Assembly (NCBI RefSeq): GCF_001194135.2
Contig: NC_068982.1
Span: 73,963,633-74,021,528, forward strand
Reading direction: 5' to 3'
Origin: Octopus bimaculoides
Taxonomy: Eukaryota
Length of the DNA stretch: 57,896 bases
Shown here: in pieces, positions 25,880-37,400 of the stretch
Layout: each line of letters opens with the position of its first letter
How positions within the stretch are numbered: position 1 is the first letter of the stretch
Notes under the pieces: model-generated
Seen by the model: the letters and a program-made list of their open reading frames with translations, nothing else
What the model was told of the DNA's origin: nothing
Databases searched by the model: none
Translations under genes and position numbers: made by a program

Positions 25880-26165
25880 AGAGAGGACTGAGATCATCCA
25901 GGCCATAACAAGAATTTAAAAGTGGCTGCCCATGGAAACTACTATATGCTGATGACCTCGGTTTTAGAGCAGAATTGGAAAATAAATTTCAGGTATGGAA
26001 GCAAAACCTGGAATCAAAGTTGTTAGCAAGAAAATAGATAAGACTGTCTTTCCCTTAGGTAAAAGGCCCTGTTCAATATGTAGGAAGGCTGTTGGAAAGA
26101 ATTCTGTCTGTTGCATCCAGTGTATATTATGGACACATCAGAAGTGCAGTGGTAGAAGTGCATAG
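25880..26165 (+). mobile_element. RTE-clade LINE reverse transcriptase fragment
   Basis: PWKLLYADDL (YADD at 25945-25956)...LENKFQVWKQNLESK, followed by the Cys-rich CIQCILWTHQKCS, with deletions. Confidence 0.75.
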
Positions 26166-28359
26166 GTAGGTTAACAGAGAAAGTCATCTTTGTATGTGAT
26201 ATGCACAAAAACAATAAACACTAAGGATACATAGGAAGAGCTATGAATTTCACCCACACATAACATTAATATACACACCCCACTCCTATGAACCAAACTA
26301 CATCTCTTTTTCATGCATAAGGTTTGTCTCTCTTCCCATGCCTGCAGTCTACTCTGTCCTGCCTCCACCCACTACCAACTGTATCATTGCTATTTTGTTC
26401 TAAATTCATCACTGTACTCATGGCCAACTCTCACCCTATTAAAGCACCCCTATATATGACTTTTATGGCTCTAACAAGCCATCTGTCGACTTCTAATTTA
26501 TTTAGAGACCACCAGATAACAGCGTAAGGGACTCTATTGAAAGCTTTCTCCAGGTTGGCAAAAGCCAAGTTCAATAGTTTATTTTTAGCTAGATACTTAT
26601 CCTGCAGCTATTTCATAAGAAAGATGACATTTATTGTACTCTTCCTTGGCACAAAGCCAAACTTGAATCTCATCTAATTTAATTCTATTTCTAATCAATT
26701 GGGCTTTAAATCTGTGTAACTTTGATGACCTGTGTAACTTCGATACCTCTGTAATTGTTTCAACCTAAGGCATCACTTTTACTTTTCTAGAAGCTAACTA
26801 TAATGCTACTACATCAATTATTGGGATGACACCTTTCTGAATAACCTGATTTACTATACAAGTGACTATGCTGTGTCTTATTCTACCAGATATTTTAAGC
26901 ATATTGGCAGTGACTCCTGATGGTCCAGGGCCATCCCATATCTTCCCATCCTTAATCTGTTTGTTTTTGTCAATGCAACATTTTCATGCAAATCTCAGAA
27001 TGTAGGTAAACATTAACAGATACACATATAAACTCACACATACATATAAGTACACTTTGTGTGTACCAAATTTACTCACAAGATATTAGTCAGCCCATGA
27101 CTAAAGTAGAAGTCGTTTGTCCAAGGTGCAGTGTAGTTGTATTGAACCTAAAACCATGTAACTGCAAAGTGAGCCTCTCAACCAAACAGAAAAAATCTGT
27201 ACATGGTAACAGAGTAGAAACATATTAGTTAGGGTGTTAGGATGATTTTATCTCGCATTTGGTTTAACAACACTGGTCTCTCAGTGTTTTAGGAGAGTCC
27301 ATTGCTTTGCAAAAATTCTTTGATTAAGGATTCCTTCCTCTCTCCCTCCCACCACCAAGTCTTGAAATCCCTTAAAAAGCTCACGGTCACTGCCTTCTTT
27401 CCTGATTCATCACAATCATCATTTTAATGTTCCCTTTTCCATGCTTTTACGGGTCGGATAGAGTTTACTTATGCCCTTCCTGTTACCAATCCTCACTTGT
27501 TTCCAAGAAAGGTAATATTTCTCCTTGGTCAGACATGATTTTTGTAGAATATTGGAAATGAACAACACTGCTTGTATGACAGTGACACTCATTTACAACT
27601 ATCATGCAATGTCAAGACAAGGAGATACAAACATATACACACATGTATATGACAGACTTCTTTCAGTTTCCATTTACCATATCTACTCACAAAGTTTTGA
27701 CCAGTCTGGGACTATAGAAGACAGTTACCCAAAGGGCCACACAGTGGGAATTAACCTGAAACCATGTGTTTGGGAAGCGAACTTCTTAACCAAACAGTCA
27801 CATCTGTGTGACACAAGTAGCACACCTTGAATATACACACAGACTTGAAGCTGACTTTTCAGAGGCAAAGCTAAACCTAATTCCATTCCATATATTTCTT
27901 GAAGAGCCAAAGATTTTCGTTGAATCTTTGCATCCTGTTTATAGATGAAAATTTCAACATTTTGACTAATCCTAGTGATTAAAGTGTTGTCACTCACCAT
28001 CACAACATCGTGGTTTCAATTCCCAGACTGGGTGGTGTGTTGTGTTCNNNNNNNNNNNNNNNNNNNNNNNNNNNNNNNNNNNNNNNNNNNNNNNNNNNNN
28101 NNNNNNNNNNNNNNNNNNNNNNNNNNNNNNNNNNNNNNNNNNNNNNNNNNNNNNNNNNNNNNNNNNNNNNNNNNNNNNNNNNNNNNNNNNNNNNNNNNNN
28201 NNNNNNNNNNNNNNNNNNNNNNNNNNNNNNNNNNNNNNNNNNNNNNNNNNNNNNNNNNNNNNNNNNNNNNNNNNNNNNNNNNNNNNNNNNNNNNNNNNNN
28301 NNNNNNNNNNNNNNNNNNNNNNNNNNNNNNNNNNNNNNNNNNNNNNNNNNNNNNNNNCC

Positions 28360-28480
28360 ATCCCCTGCTGGAGCCTCGTGGAGCTTTAGGTGTTTTCGCT
28401 CAATAAACACTCACAACGCCCGGTCTGGGAATCGAAACCGCGAGTCCGCTGCTCTAACCACTGGGCCATTGTGCCTCCAC
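28360..28480 (-). mobile_element. tRNA-derived SINE head (family 4), cut by N-gap
   Basis: GGCACAATGGCCCAGTGGTTAGAGCAGCGGACTCGCGGTTTCGATTCCCAGACC: A and B boxes with the anticodon arm shortened, followed by non-tRNA sequence. Confidence 0.65.
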
Positions 28481-28758
28481 TGTAGATAAATAACCCTGGC
28501 ATTTCATTCACATGTAATGTTGTGAGCTCTGCCAGTTATTCATCATGGAAACTGAATAACTGACCCCCATGAGTCTTAGACTGAATGTTCAGGGGTTGTT
28601 TTTGATGATGATGAGAAATAAATGAAAAGCAATAGTTTTGTGTGTTTTCCGATGGCTTAAATGGTCCCTCCATATTGTAATTGTTCCAATTTCAACAACA
28701 CGGTTTCCAATCATGTCAGTTGCCAGAAAGTAAAGTACAAATCGGAAATAATTTTTTT

Positions 28759-28764
28759 TTTATT
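28759..28764 (-). terminator. Candidate polyadenylation signal for MRPS27
   Basis: AATAAA on the minus strand about 60 nt after the stop codon. AT-rich context makes a chance match likely. Confidence 0.3.
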
Positions 28765-28823
28765 TAAAAAACTACTAGCAACAGAAAATAAACTTCAACA
28801 GACAAATGAAAATGTCAAATATT

Positions 28824-29252
28824 TCATCGTTTCTTTTTTTTACTAGGCTCTTTGGTCTTTTTAAATTGTTCATCATAATCGAGTTCATCTTCCAAGGATT
28901 TCTCCTTGGAAAGAGACGGTCTAATATGCTGCTGTTTCACCTTGCCAATTTGAGCAGCAAGTTGCAATTCATGTTTTCTTTCAAAAAATGTCAGGATTTC
29001 TTCTTTCTCTTGAATCTCGAGTAGTTTGGTTTCGATCTCTTTCCGTTTGGCTGCTCTTTGGTAAGCATCAATTTGTTCCTGTAACAAACGACTTCGTTCT
29101 TTGGCCCATAGAGAGAAGTTACTGACCTGTTGGTCAATATCTGCCTGTTCAAGGGCCGGTAACTCTGTGTTGACAATACTGTCTACTTCTTTTTCAAATT
29201 GATCGCAGTTTTCGACAACATAACCTCCAGCAATGAGTTGTTCAAACAACGT
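28824..29252 (-). CDS. MRPS27: MRPS27 exon 10 (terminal)
   Basis: ctctacctgcAG, phase 0. TLFEQLIAGG...FSLWAKERSRLLQEQ...EKEEILTFFE...KKKKR* TGA. The ten exons sum to 1488 nt, one uninterrupted frame. Confidence 0.9.
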   Translation of the reverse strand, partial: TLFEQLIAGGYVVENCDQFEKEVDSIVNTELPALEQADIDQQVSNFSLWAKERSRLLQEQIDAYQRAAKRKEIETKLLEIQEKEEILTFFERKHELQLAAQIGKVKQQHIRPSLSKEKSLEDELDYDEQFKKTKEPSKKKKR

Positions 29253-29802
29253 CTGCAGGTAGAGATGAAAAGATGTTAACGTAGGGATGTAAGTAATTTA
29301 ATGAATAAGTGAAATATTTAACGAAATGAAATTAAAAATATCAAAGTCAACGTTTTTGATAACAACCCACCACACAAGATCACCTGATACAGACTTCCAA
29401 TTAATTTAAATTTAAAATCATCTAAATTCCATGTTAATTTATGTCTCAAACACCAGTTTTATGAAGGCAAAATTATTTACTGAATTCTTTTATTATTATT
29501 ATTATTATTATTATTATCATCATCAAAATAAATTGAAACAAGTGCAGTGTAGTTCAACAGAAATATGAAAACAAAAAGGTTTAAGTGATCTAAATTAAAA
29601 AACCGTCTATCAACATTTCATAATTTATGTTTCAAATGCCCATCTTTGGTATTTTCTGAATTCTTTGTTCTTTTCAGAACAAAGCCAAAGTATTTCAGTT
29701 AACAAAAGGGTTCATTCTTAAATAATCTGAGGTGCCAAATTTATATTTTCTCCTTTCAATAAACTTTAAGTGTTAAAGCAGTTGTTACTAAGTTAATTTT
29801 AA

Positions 29803-30009
29803 CCCTTCAGCATTCAGATTACTTTGTCCAATGTAATGCTTATTTATTCACATTATTTTGAATTAATCATGCATTATCTCACAGCTTTGAGATTTCAACG
29901 ATGTCATTGCTAATTTTTAGAATGACATTATAGGATAGGTGTAAGAGGCAGTATTTATCCAGTTTGAGTATTAAACAAGTAGGATATGACTGGTTTAAAG
30001 GCTAATGGG
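29803..30009. mobile_element. piggyBac-type MITE (TTAA target duplication)
   Basis: TTAA|CCCTTCAGCATT...GGCTAATGGG|TTAA. Same family at 36901-37103, 44561-44760 and about 20781-20957. Confidence 0.75.
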
Positions 30010-30374
30010 TTAAATATTTTCTCTTTGATTCACCTGGTTGTAGAGTTAGTGGTATCACTTGTTTGAAGTGGGCAAGTGATATTTCAAGCTAAGGATTAAA
30101 TAAACCCAAGGTCAGCCATGAGCTCCATGAGAGCTTAAACCAGTTTCCATTGTGTAAGTGATTGAGATTACAACACTCTCTGCTGTATGGGATGTCATCC
30201 CAGTTACTGCTAGAACCTATTTACAGCTGAGTGGACTGGGCAATGTGAAATAAAGTGTTTTGTTCAAGAACACAAAACACCACCGGTTGGTCAGGGAATC
30301 AAAACCACAAAGTTAAATGCTTTTGAATAAATCCAAAGAGGGGGAAACAAAAACCAAAATAAATAAAACAAAAC

Positions 30375-30524
30375 CTTAAATTTGTCCAAATAAAGTTCCT
30401 TCTCTTCAGCTGATAATCTTATTTCTTCCCTGCTGTCATGCTTTCGTAAAAATCCTAATTCTTTCTTGGATAAATTTGGATCCTTCACTTTGCAAAATTC
30501 CAAACACTCTTGAAATTTCTCTAG
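30375..30524 (-). CDS. MRPS27: MRPS27 exon 9
   Basis: tctcaattctAG...AAG|GTTTTG, 150 nt, phase 0/0. LEKFQECLEFCKVKDPNLSKKELGFLRKHDSREEIRLSAEEKELYLDKFK. Confidence 0.8.
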
Positions 30525-32106
30525 CTAGAATTGAGAGAGAATATGTAAGTTGACAATAAAAACTCTAAGCATCTTTTAAACATCACAAAACTACAGACAT
30601 TTAAAATATATTATAGAATATATTACAAGATTCCACTGCTTTAACAGTAAAAAAAACGGTAAATAAGTAGCAGAGTTGATATAAGAGTGGACAAATATAT
30701 AAATATGTCTTAACATTGGTTCTCATTACTATGATCCACGACCTGGGTATGACTTTAAACTGTATCCAGTATTGAAGCCCTCGTTTGGAACTTTCAAGAT
30801 TTAGAGAAGTGTGGAACCACTTCTTAGCCACTAATGTTTCCAGGTCTACTCTGATTTAGAGTAGTAGCATCTGTCAGGGTTCCAGCTATGGATTAATTAG
30901 TACGTCATATAATTGCCTCTGGATGAAGGGGCCTCACAGACAACAAACACCTAATAGACCCAAAGCAGACTAGGCCCTTCAGCTCTTGAACTGCTCATCT
31001 AAGAGAAGGTAACTCCATAGGAATCCAGCATCCCAATAACTGCTGGGCTCATGGAACTTGTTGCACCAGACTAAAACAAGTTTAAGAGGACGAGAGATTG
31101 AGACTGGATCTGCACAAACCACACCCACTGTAATAAAATTCATCATGCAGGCTGTGCAGCAAACCAAGACTAGCACCAATCTATGTAGCTATGCCTTGTT
31201 GGACCCTCATTCATTGAAGCAACAAGAGAGTCCACCATTATGATCCAAAAGAAGGCACACTAATGCTAGTATATGTTTGATGGGATGTATTTGAGGCAGG
31301 ATTTTACAACTCGATTCTCTTCCTGTCACCAATCCTTATCTTTTTTTTTTTTTCAAGTAAGGAATTTATTTCACAGATCTCTGAAGGCACAGAGCAATTT
31401 GTCATAATGTCAACAAGTTTTTAAAAATATTTTAGTCTTGAGTGAAGATAATGCTCATGATCCTTTATAGATCCTCCAAGACTGGTAGAAAGAAGGGAGG
31501 GAAGTATCCTCAAACCAGAAATGTGGCCCAAATGCTTGCAACAGAGTGAACTCAGCTAAAGAAACTTGATGTGCCAGGTGGTGGTGTTAAACCAAGTGAT
31601 GATGGAATTTGAACTCGGAATACAAAAAGCTGGAACAAATACAGTAAAGCATCCAGTCCAGAGTGTACCACCATTCGTGAGAACACCAAGTACTTGCAAG
31701 ACAAGACCCACCCGCCAGCTCAAAACAGAGAGAGGGAGAGTGTGTGTGTGCATATGAATTTATATACATATCTTTTATCTTTACTTGCTTCAATCATTCT
31801 TCAAGGCACCCACTATACTCTCAGAGTGGTTGGCGTTAGGAAGGGTATCCAACAGTAGACACCTTACCAGATCACATTGGAGCCTGGTACAGCCTTCTGG
31901 CTTGCTAGTCCTCAGTCAAACCATCCAACCCATGCTAGCATGGAAAGCGGATGTTAAACGACGATGATGATAGCAATGATATAAATAGACAGAGAGAGAG
32001 AGAGACAGAGAGAAGAGCAGTTAAAAAACTAAGCTTCTATGCATGTTGAATAATTAATGTTTGAATAAAACATCAACTGTTTGCCTTTATACAAAATAAA
32101 CTGTAA

Positions 32107-32651
32107 GGGCGAGCGTGATAGATAATGTTTATTTTAAAATTACAGTGGTTAATACTGAACTAGTTTCATGTTTAATAGACAAATTAAATAAATCAATTTT
32201 CTAAAAATTCATTTAATTTAAATTTGTTATATTACAATCATCAGCAGTATACTCCCATGTTTTTGGAGAAAAAAAAAAACATGTATAACTTTAAAATATA
32301 GAGAGAAAGAAAAAGCCATGCTTTTTCATTCACCATTCAACAAGCTTCTAAATTTGCCGAGGCCAAATGGTGAACAAAAAAGCATGGCTTTTTCTTTCTC
32401 GCTATTTTGAAAACATATTTGAGTAGCTTGAATTACGAATTACTGTGGATGAATAATGGTAAATATATTTTAAAGTTATACATGTTTTTTCCAAAAAGGC
32501 ATGGGAGTATACTGCCAATGATTGTAATATAACAAATTTAAATTAAATGAATTTTTAAAAATTGATTTATTTCATCTGTCTATTAAACCTGAAACTAGTT
32601 CAGTATTAACCACTGTAATTTTAGAATATACACTATCCATCTCACTTGTCC
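32107..32651. repeat. Nested foldback in MRPS27 intron 8
   Basis: Outer arms about 32107-32300 and 32465-32651, inner hairpin about 32301-32338 and 32366-32400, one-sided insert of about 65 nt. Confidence 0.9.
32152..32250 (-). ncRNA. Candidate type I minimal hammerhead ribozyme motif
   Basis: ATACTG-CTGATGA-[70-nt hairpin]-GAAA-CTAG-TT-CAGTAT read by eye. Non-canonical U-U at 10.1/11.1 and U17. Not tested with a covariance model. Confidence 0.5.
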
Positions 32652-33480
32652 AGCGGGTCATAGCCCAACTAATGAGGGAAAGAGTCAGTCTAGACGAGAT
32701 GCGAGGGGCGATTAGCCGGTACTGGCATCGACCATGCTTGAATGGTGCTTTTTACGTGCCACCATATACACACACACACACATATATATAGATATATATT
32801 TGCTGAGTTTGCTAAGGTTCTGGTGAAGTGCCATTCCCAGTATTTGTTTCAGCTATGCACAATAATACCAGTTTGTGCAATGTAGCATGTGTAATTATTT
32901 AAATTTCAAGTGGAATGGCACTGAAACAATTGTAACCAATATCAAACTAATGCTATACTGATATCTTAATTTCTCTCTCTCTCATATATATAAAAATATA
33001 CCAAATAAATTTTTCCAGTCTTTTGTTTTGATATATATATATGCGTGTATGTGTATATAGATATACACACACACGTGTGTATACATCATCATCATTTAGC
33101 ACCTGCTTTCCATGCTGGCATGGGTTAGATGGTTTGACTGGAACTAGTAAGCCGGAGAGCTGCACCAAGTTCCAGTCTGATTTGACATGGTTTTCTATGG
33201 CTGGATGCCCTTCCGAATGCCAACTCCTCCAAGAGTGTAATGGGTGCATTTTACGTGCCACTGGCCCGGGTGCCAGTTATGCCACACTAGCACTGGCCAC
33301 GACTACGATTTCACTAAAACCTCCACAACTCGGTGCCTCATCATGACCGCAGTCAAAAATGACAGAAACAAGTTTTAAAAAGAAAGACACACACATATAT
33401 GAATGTATGTGTGCACACATGTATAACAATAAGCAAAATATACATATATGGGTGAATATGTATCTTATACAAGTGTACAT

Positions 33481-34240
33481 CATCATCTTTTAACGTCTGC
33501 TTTCCATGCTGGCATGGATTGGATGGTTTGACTGAGGGCCGGCAAGCCAGAAGGCTGCACCAGTCTCCAATCTGATCTGGCAAAGTTTCTACAGTTGGAT
33601 GCCCTTCCTAACGCCAGCCACTCCGAGAGTGTAGTAGGTGCTTTTACGTGCCACTGGCACGAGGGTCAGTCAGGTGGTACTGGCATCAGCCATGCTCAAA
33701 TGGTGCTTTATTTGCTTGCGAAGACCTATTGAGGCAAGTGTAAACAAATCAAAATTGCTGACGTGGCCTATGACAGTACCGCTTGATTGGTACTCGTGCC
33801 AGTGGAACATTAAGAGCATATCCAAGCCATGGATTGGCTCCCGTGCCAGTGACAAGTGAAAAGCACCATTTGAGCATGATCGTTGCCAGCGTCGCTTTAC
33901 CAGCACATGTGCTGGTGGCACGTGAAAAACAACATTTGAGTGTAGTTGTTGCCAGTACTGCCGGACTGGCTCCCGTGCAGGTAGCACGTAAAAACACCTT
34001 TTGAGCGTGGTCGTTGCCAGAACCACCTGACTGGCCCTCATATCGGTGGCATGTAAAAGCACCTACTACACTCTCAGAGTGGTTGGCATTAGGAAGGGCA
34101 TCCAGCTGTAGAAACTTTGCCAGATCAGATAGAGTTTGGTGCAACCTCTGGCTCACCAGTCCTCAGTCAAGCTGTCCAACCCATGCCAGCATGGAAAGCA
34201 GACGTAAAACGACGACGATGATGATGATGATGATGATGAG
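33481..34240. mobile_element. Head-to-head pair of RTE-tail elements ending in (GAT)n
   Basis: 33481-33715 is the reverse complement of about 33990-34240. The + element starts GCTTGCGAAGACC, as does the copy at 46950-47358, and has about 58-bp internal tandem units. Confidence 0.8.
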
Positions 34241-34277
34241 GGTACATGTATAACAATAAATAGAATTTCCAACTTAC

Positions 34278-34523
34278 AGCACATTTATACACACATGGCA
34301 CCTTGGGACCAGCAAGCAGTTTCTCAAGAAATAACAGCCCTTTATTAAATTTTTCATATAGAGCAAATCCATACGTTTGTAAGGTACAGCTTAATAGGTT
34401 ATGGTCAGACAATTCTTTACCAATCATTATCAATGTTTTTCCCAATAGAAGCTGGGGTTCTGAGATATCAAAATGGTCATCATAGTACGGCTTGTTCATG
34501 TATTTCACTTTTACCCAAACTTC
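34278..34523 (-). CDS. MRPS27: MRPS27 exon 8
   Basis: atattttAG...GCT|GTAAGT, 246 nt, phase 0/0. EVWVKVKYMNKPYYDDHFDISEPQLLLGKTL...LQTYGFALYEKF...CVYKCA (human SQLYGYALLGK). Confidence 0.9.
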
Positions 34524-36094
34524 CTAAAATATATGAAATAATTGAATGGTTAGAATACAATAATGTTTAAGGGAAATTGGAAAAGTATTTCATAGGTGTG
34601 ACTGTGTGATAAAAAGTTTGATTCCCAATAAAATGGTTCCAGGTTCAGTCCAGCTGCATGACACCTAGGGCAAGTATCTTCTACTATAGCCTGAGGTTGA
34701 TCAATGCCTTGGGACTGGATTTGGTAGATGGAAACTGAAGCCTGTTGTGTGGGTGCGTATGTGCACGTGTGTGTGTGTACATACACATCAATCATCATTA
34801 TCACCATTTAATGTTTGTTTTCCATGCAGACATGAGTTGGATGGTTTGACAGTGCTGGCAAGCCAGAGGGCTGTCTGTTCCAGGCTACTGTCGTCTGTTT
34901 TGGTGTGGTTTCTATGGCTTTGTAACACCAACCACTTAAAGTGTACCAGGTGCATGAGTGAGTGTTACTGTCTCCTTGTTTTGACATTACATGATAGTTG
35001 TAAATGGGCATCACTATCAAACAAGTGGTATCATTTGTTTTCAGTCTTCCATGAAAATATGTCTGGCCATGGAGAAATATTACCTTGCTCAGAAACAGGT
35101 GAGGTTCAGCAACAGAAAGAGCATCTAACCATAGTAAATCTGCCTCAACAAATTCCATCCAATCCATGCAAGTATGGAAAAGTGCAAGTTAAAATGACGA
35201 TCACATGTGCGCGCACACACACCTATAGGCACAGCATAGCCAAAAGGTTAGGAAGTTCACTTTGCAAGGTCTTAGGTTCAAACCCACCATGTGACATCTT
35301 GAGCAAATGTTATTTGCTATAGCCTTGGGTTGACCCATACCTTGGGAATGAAATTAGGTAAGCAGAAACTGTAGTGAATCCTACTGAATGAATATACCTG
35401 ATTCAAAGGCAGAGCATTGTTAGAAAATCTGTTATGTTGATGCTGCTTGAGAATTATGTTAAGGGTACATGAATATGTGTCTGTGGAATACTCAGCCAAT
35501 TACATCCTAACTGAACAAGTAAATAATTCAGTTCACCAACCAACTGAATCACCATTGTCAAAACCAACATAGAAGCATCCAGATAAATAAATAAACAAAC
35601 AAACACACACATGCAGGTGTAGATGTGGCTGTGTGGCACCTTGGACAAGTGTTTTCTACTATAGCCCCAGGCCATCAAAGTCTTGTGAATGGATTTGATA
35701 GATGGAAACTGAAAGAAGCCTATCATATATAAATATGTGTGTGTGTATAGACATCGTGCAATGGTTGTACATGAGCATGCAAATGCTGTTGCTTATTTTT
35801 CTGTGAAAAACATATATAGCTACAGAAAGACATTACCTTGCTTGGAAACAGGTGAAGGTTGGTGACGGTGGTGGGGGGGATCTAGCTGTAGAAATTCCAT
35901 CTGATCCATTCAAGCATGGAAAAATGGATGTGAAATGATAAAGATATATCAGTGTGTGTGTAAACTTACAAACATACACATACATATACCATCATGTAAT
36001 CTCTTTGCTCCATGTTAGGATGGATGGTTTGACAGGATTCAATAGGCTGAGGAATTGCATCATGTCCCAGTGGTCTGCTTTGGCATGGTTTCTA

Positions 36095-36428
36095 CACGTG
36101 GATGTCATGGCTCAGTGGTTAGAGCATCGGGCTCAAAATCATGAGGTAGTGGGATCAGTTCCTGGACCAGGCTGTGTTTTGTTCTTGAGCAAGACACTTT
36201 ATTTCATGTTGCGCCAGTTTACTCCGCTGTAGAAATGAGTTGTGATGTTACTGGTGCCAAGCTGTATCATTCTTTGCCTTTCCCTTGGATAACATAGGTG
36301 GCGTGGAGAGGGGAGGCTAGCATGCATGGGCAACTGGTGGTCTTCCATAAACAACCTTGCCCTGACTTGTGCCACAGAGGGTAACTTTCTCAGTGCAATC
36401 TCATGGTCATTCATGACCAAAGGGGAGT
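36095..36428 (+). mobile_element. tRNA-headed SINE family 3
   Basis: TGGCTCAGTGGTTAGAGCATCGG head, GTTCTTGAGCAAGACACTT central domain. Related copies at about 7575-7850 (-), 14150-14460, 30190-30300 (-), 47905-48150. Confidence 0.75.
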
Positions 36429-36900
36429 TTTTACCCTGCCCTTCCTAACGCCAACCACTTAACATGTGTTGAGTGCTTTTTTTTAATGGCACCAGCTGCC
36501 TGCCAGACTATGTACCCTGAGAGAGGCAGATATATACTAGGAGATAAGGGGTTATGTACACACACAAACACGCACACACTTTGTAATAATCTTAACGTCC
36601 ACTTTTGTATGCTTGTATGGGTCAGACATTTGTTGAGACAAATTTTCTATGGCTGGATGCCCTTCCTGTCACCAGCCCTCACCTTTTAATAATTCTCTTT
36701 GACCAGACATGTTTTCATGGAAGATTGGAAAAGAAGGAAACCACCTGCATGATGGTGACACTTGTTTACAACTATCACCTGATGTCAAGGACAAGGAGCA
36801 CAAATATATATATTAAATGGGCTTTATTCAGTTTCTTTTCACAAAATTCACTCATACAGTTTTGGTCAGCCCACAGCTATAATATATGATACTTGCCGAA

Positions 36901-37103
36901 CCCTTTAGTATTCAGACTATTCTGTCAAATATAATACTTATTTCTTCACATTGTTTTGAATTAATCATACATTACCTTATAACTTCAAGATTTCGATGTG
37001 TTTATTTTTAGAATGACATTATAGGGTAGGTATGAGAGGCCAGATCCGGCTAGTTTGAACACAAAACAGGTAGAATATTTGGGCTGGTTTAAATGCTGAA
37101 GGG
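36901..37103. mobile_element. piggyBac-type MITE
   Basis: CCCTTTAGTATT...AATGCTGAAGGG|TTAA, internal homology to 29803-30009. Confidence 0.75.
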
Positions 37104-37236
37104 TTAAGGTACCACACAATGAAACTGAACAAGAAACCATGTAGTTGGGAAGCAAACTTCTTAAATTACACAGCCCTAAATATACAGATACAGATATTCC
37201 TGCCAATGAATTAAAAACAAACCACATAATACATAC

Positions 37237-37400
37237 CTCAACTTCCTCTTCAGCTTTTTCCTCTTGAACATCTTTGCAAACCTCTGACTGTTTGGGTAAA
37301 GATAACAGAAACTTGACACACGAATAAAGGGACAACAAGAGAGTAGACCGATGGCTAAAATCTTCTTGAAGCATCATTTCATAGGCAATCTGAGCGGCAC
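37237..37400 (-). CDS. MRPS27: MRPS27 exon 7
   Basis: aataacAG...GAG|GTATGT, 164 nt, phase 1/0. CAAQIAYEMMLQEDFSHRSTLLLSLYSCVKF...EEEVE (human VMMQEAF...TQLLSLY). Confidence 0.92.

Noticed and set aside
30840-31260. Possible RTE 5' UTR carrying an HDV-like ribozyme
   Set aside because: Too decayed to trace the nested double pseudoknot by eye; no support without a descriptor search.
36100-36175. tRNA-like heads here and at 28400-28480, 23310-23384 and 57790-57896 as tRNA genes
   Set aside because: No complete cloverleaf; each continues into multi-copy SINE bodies.
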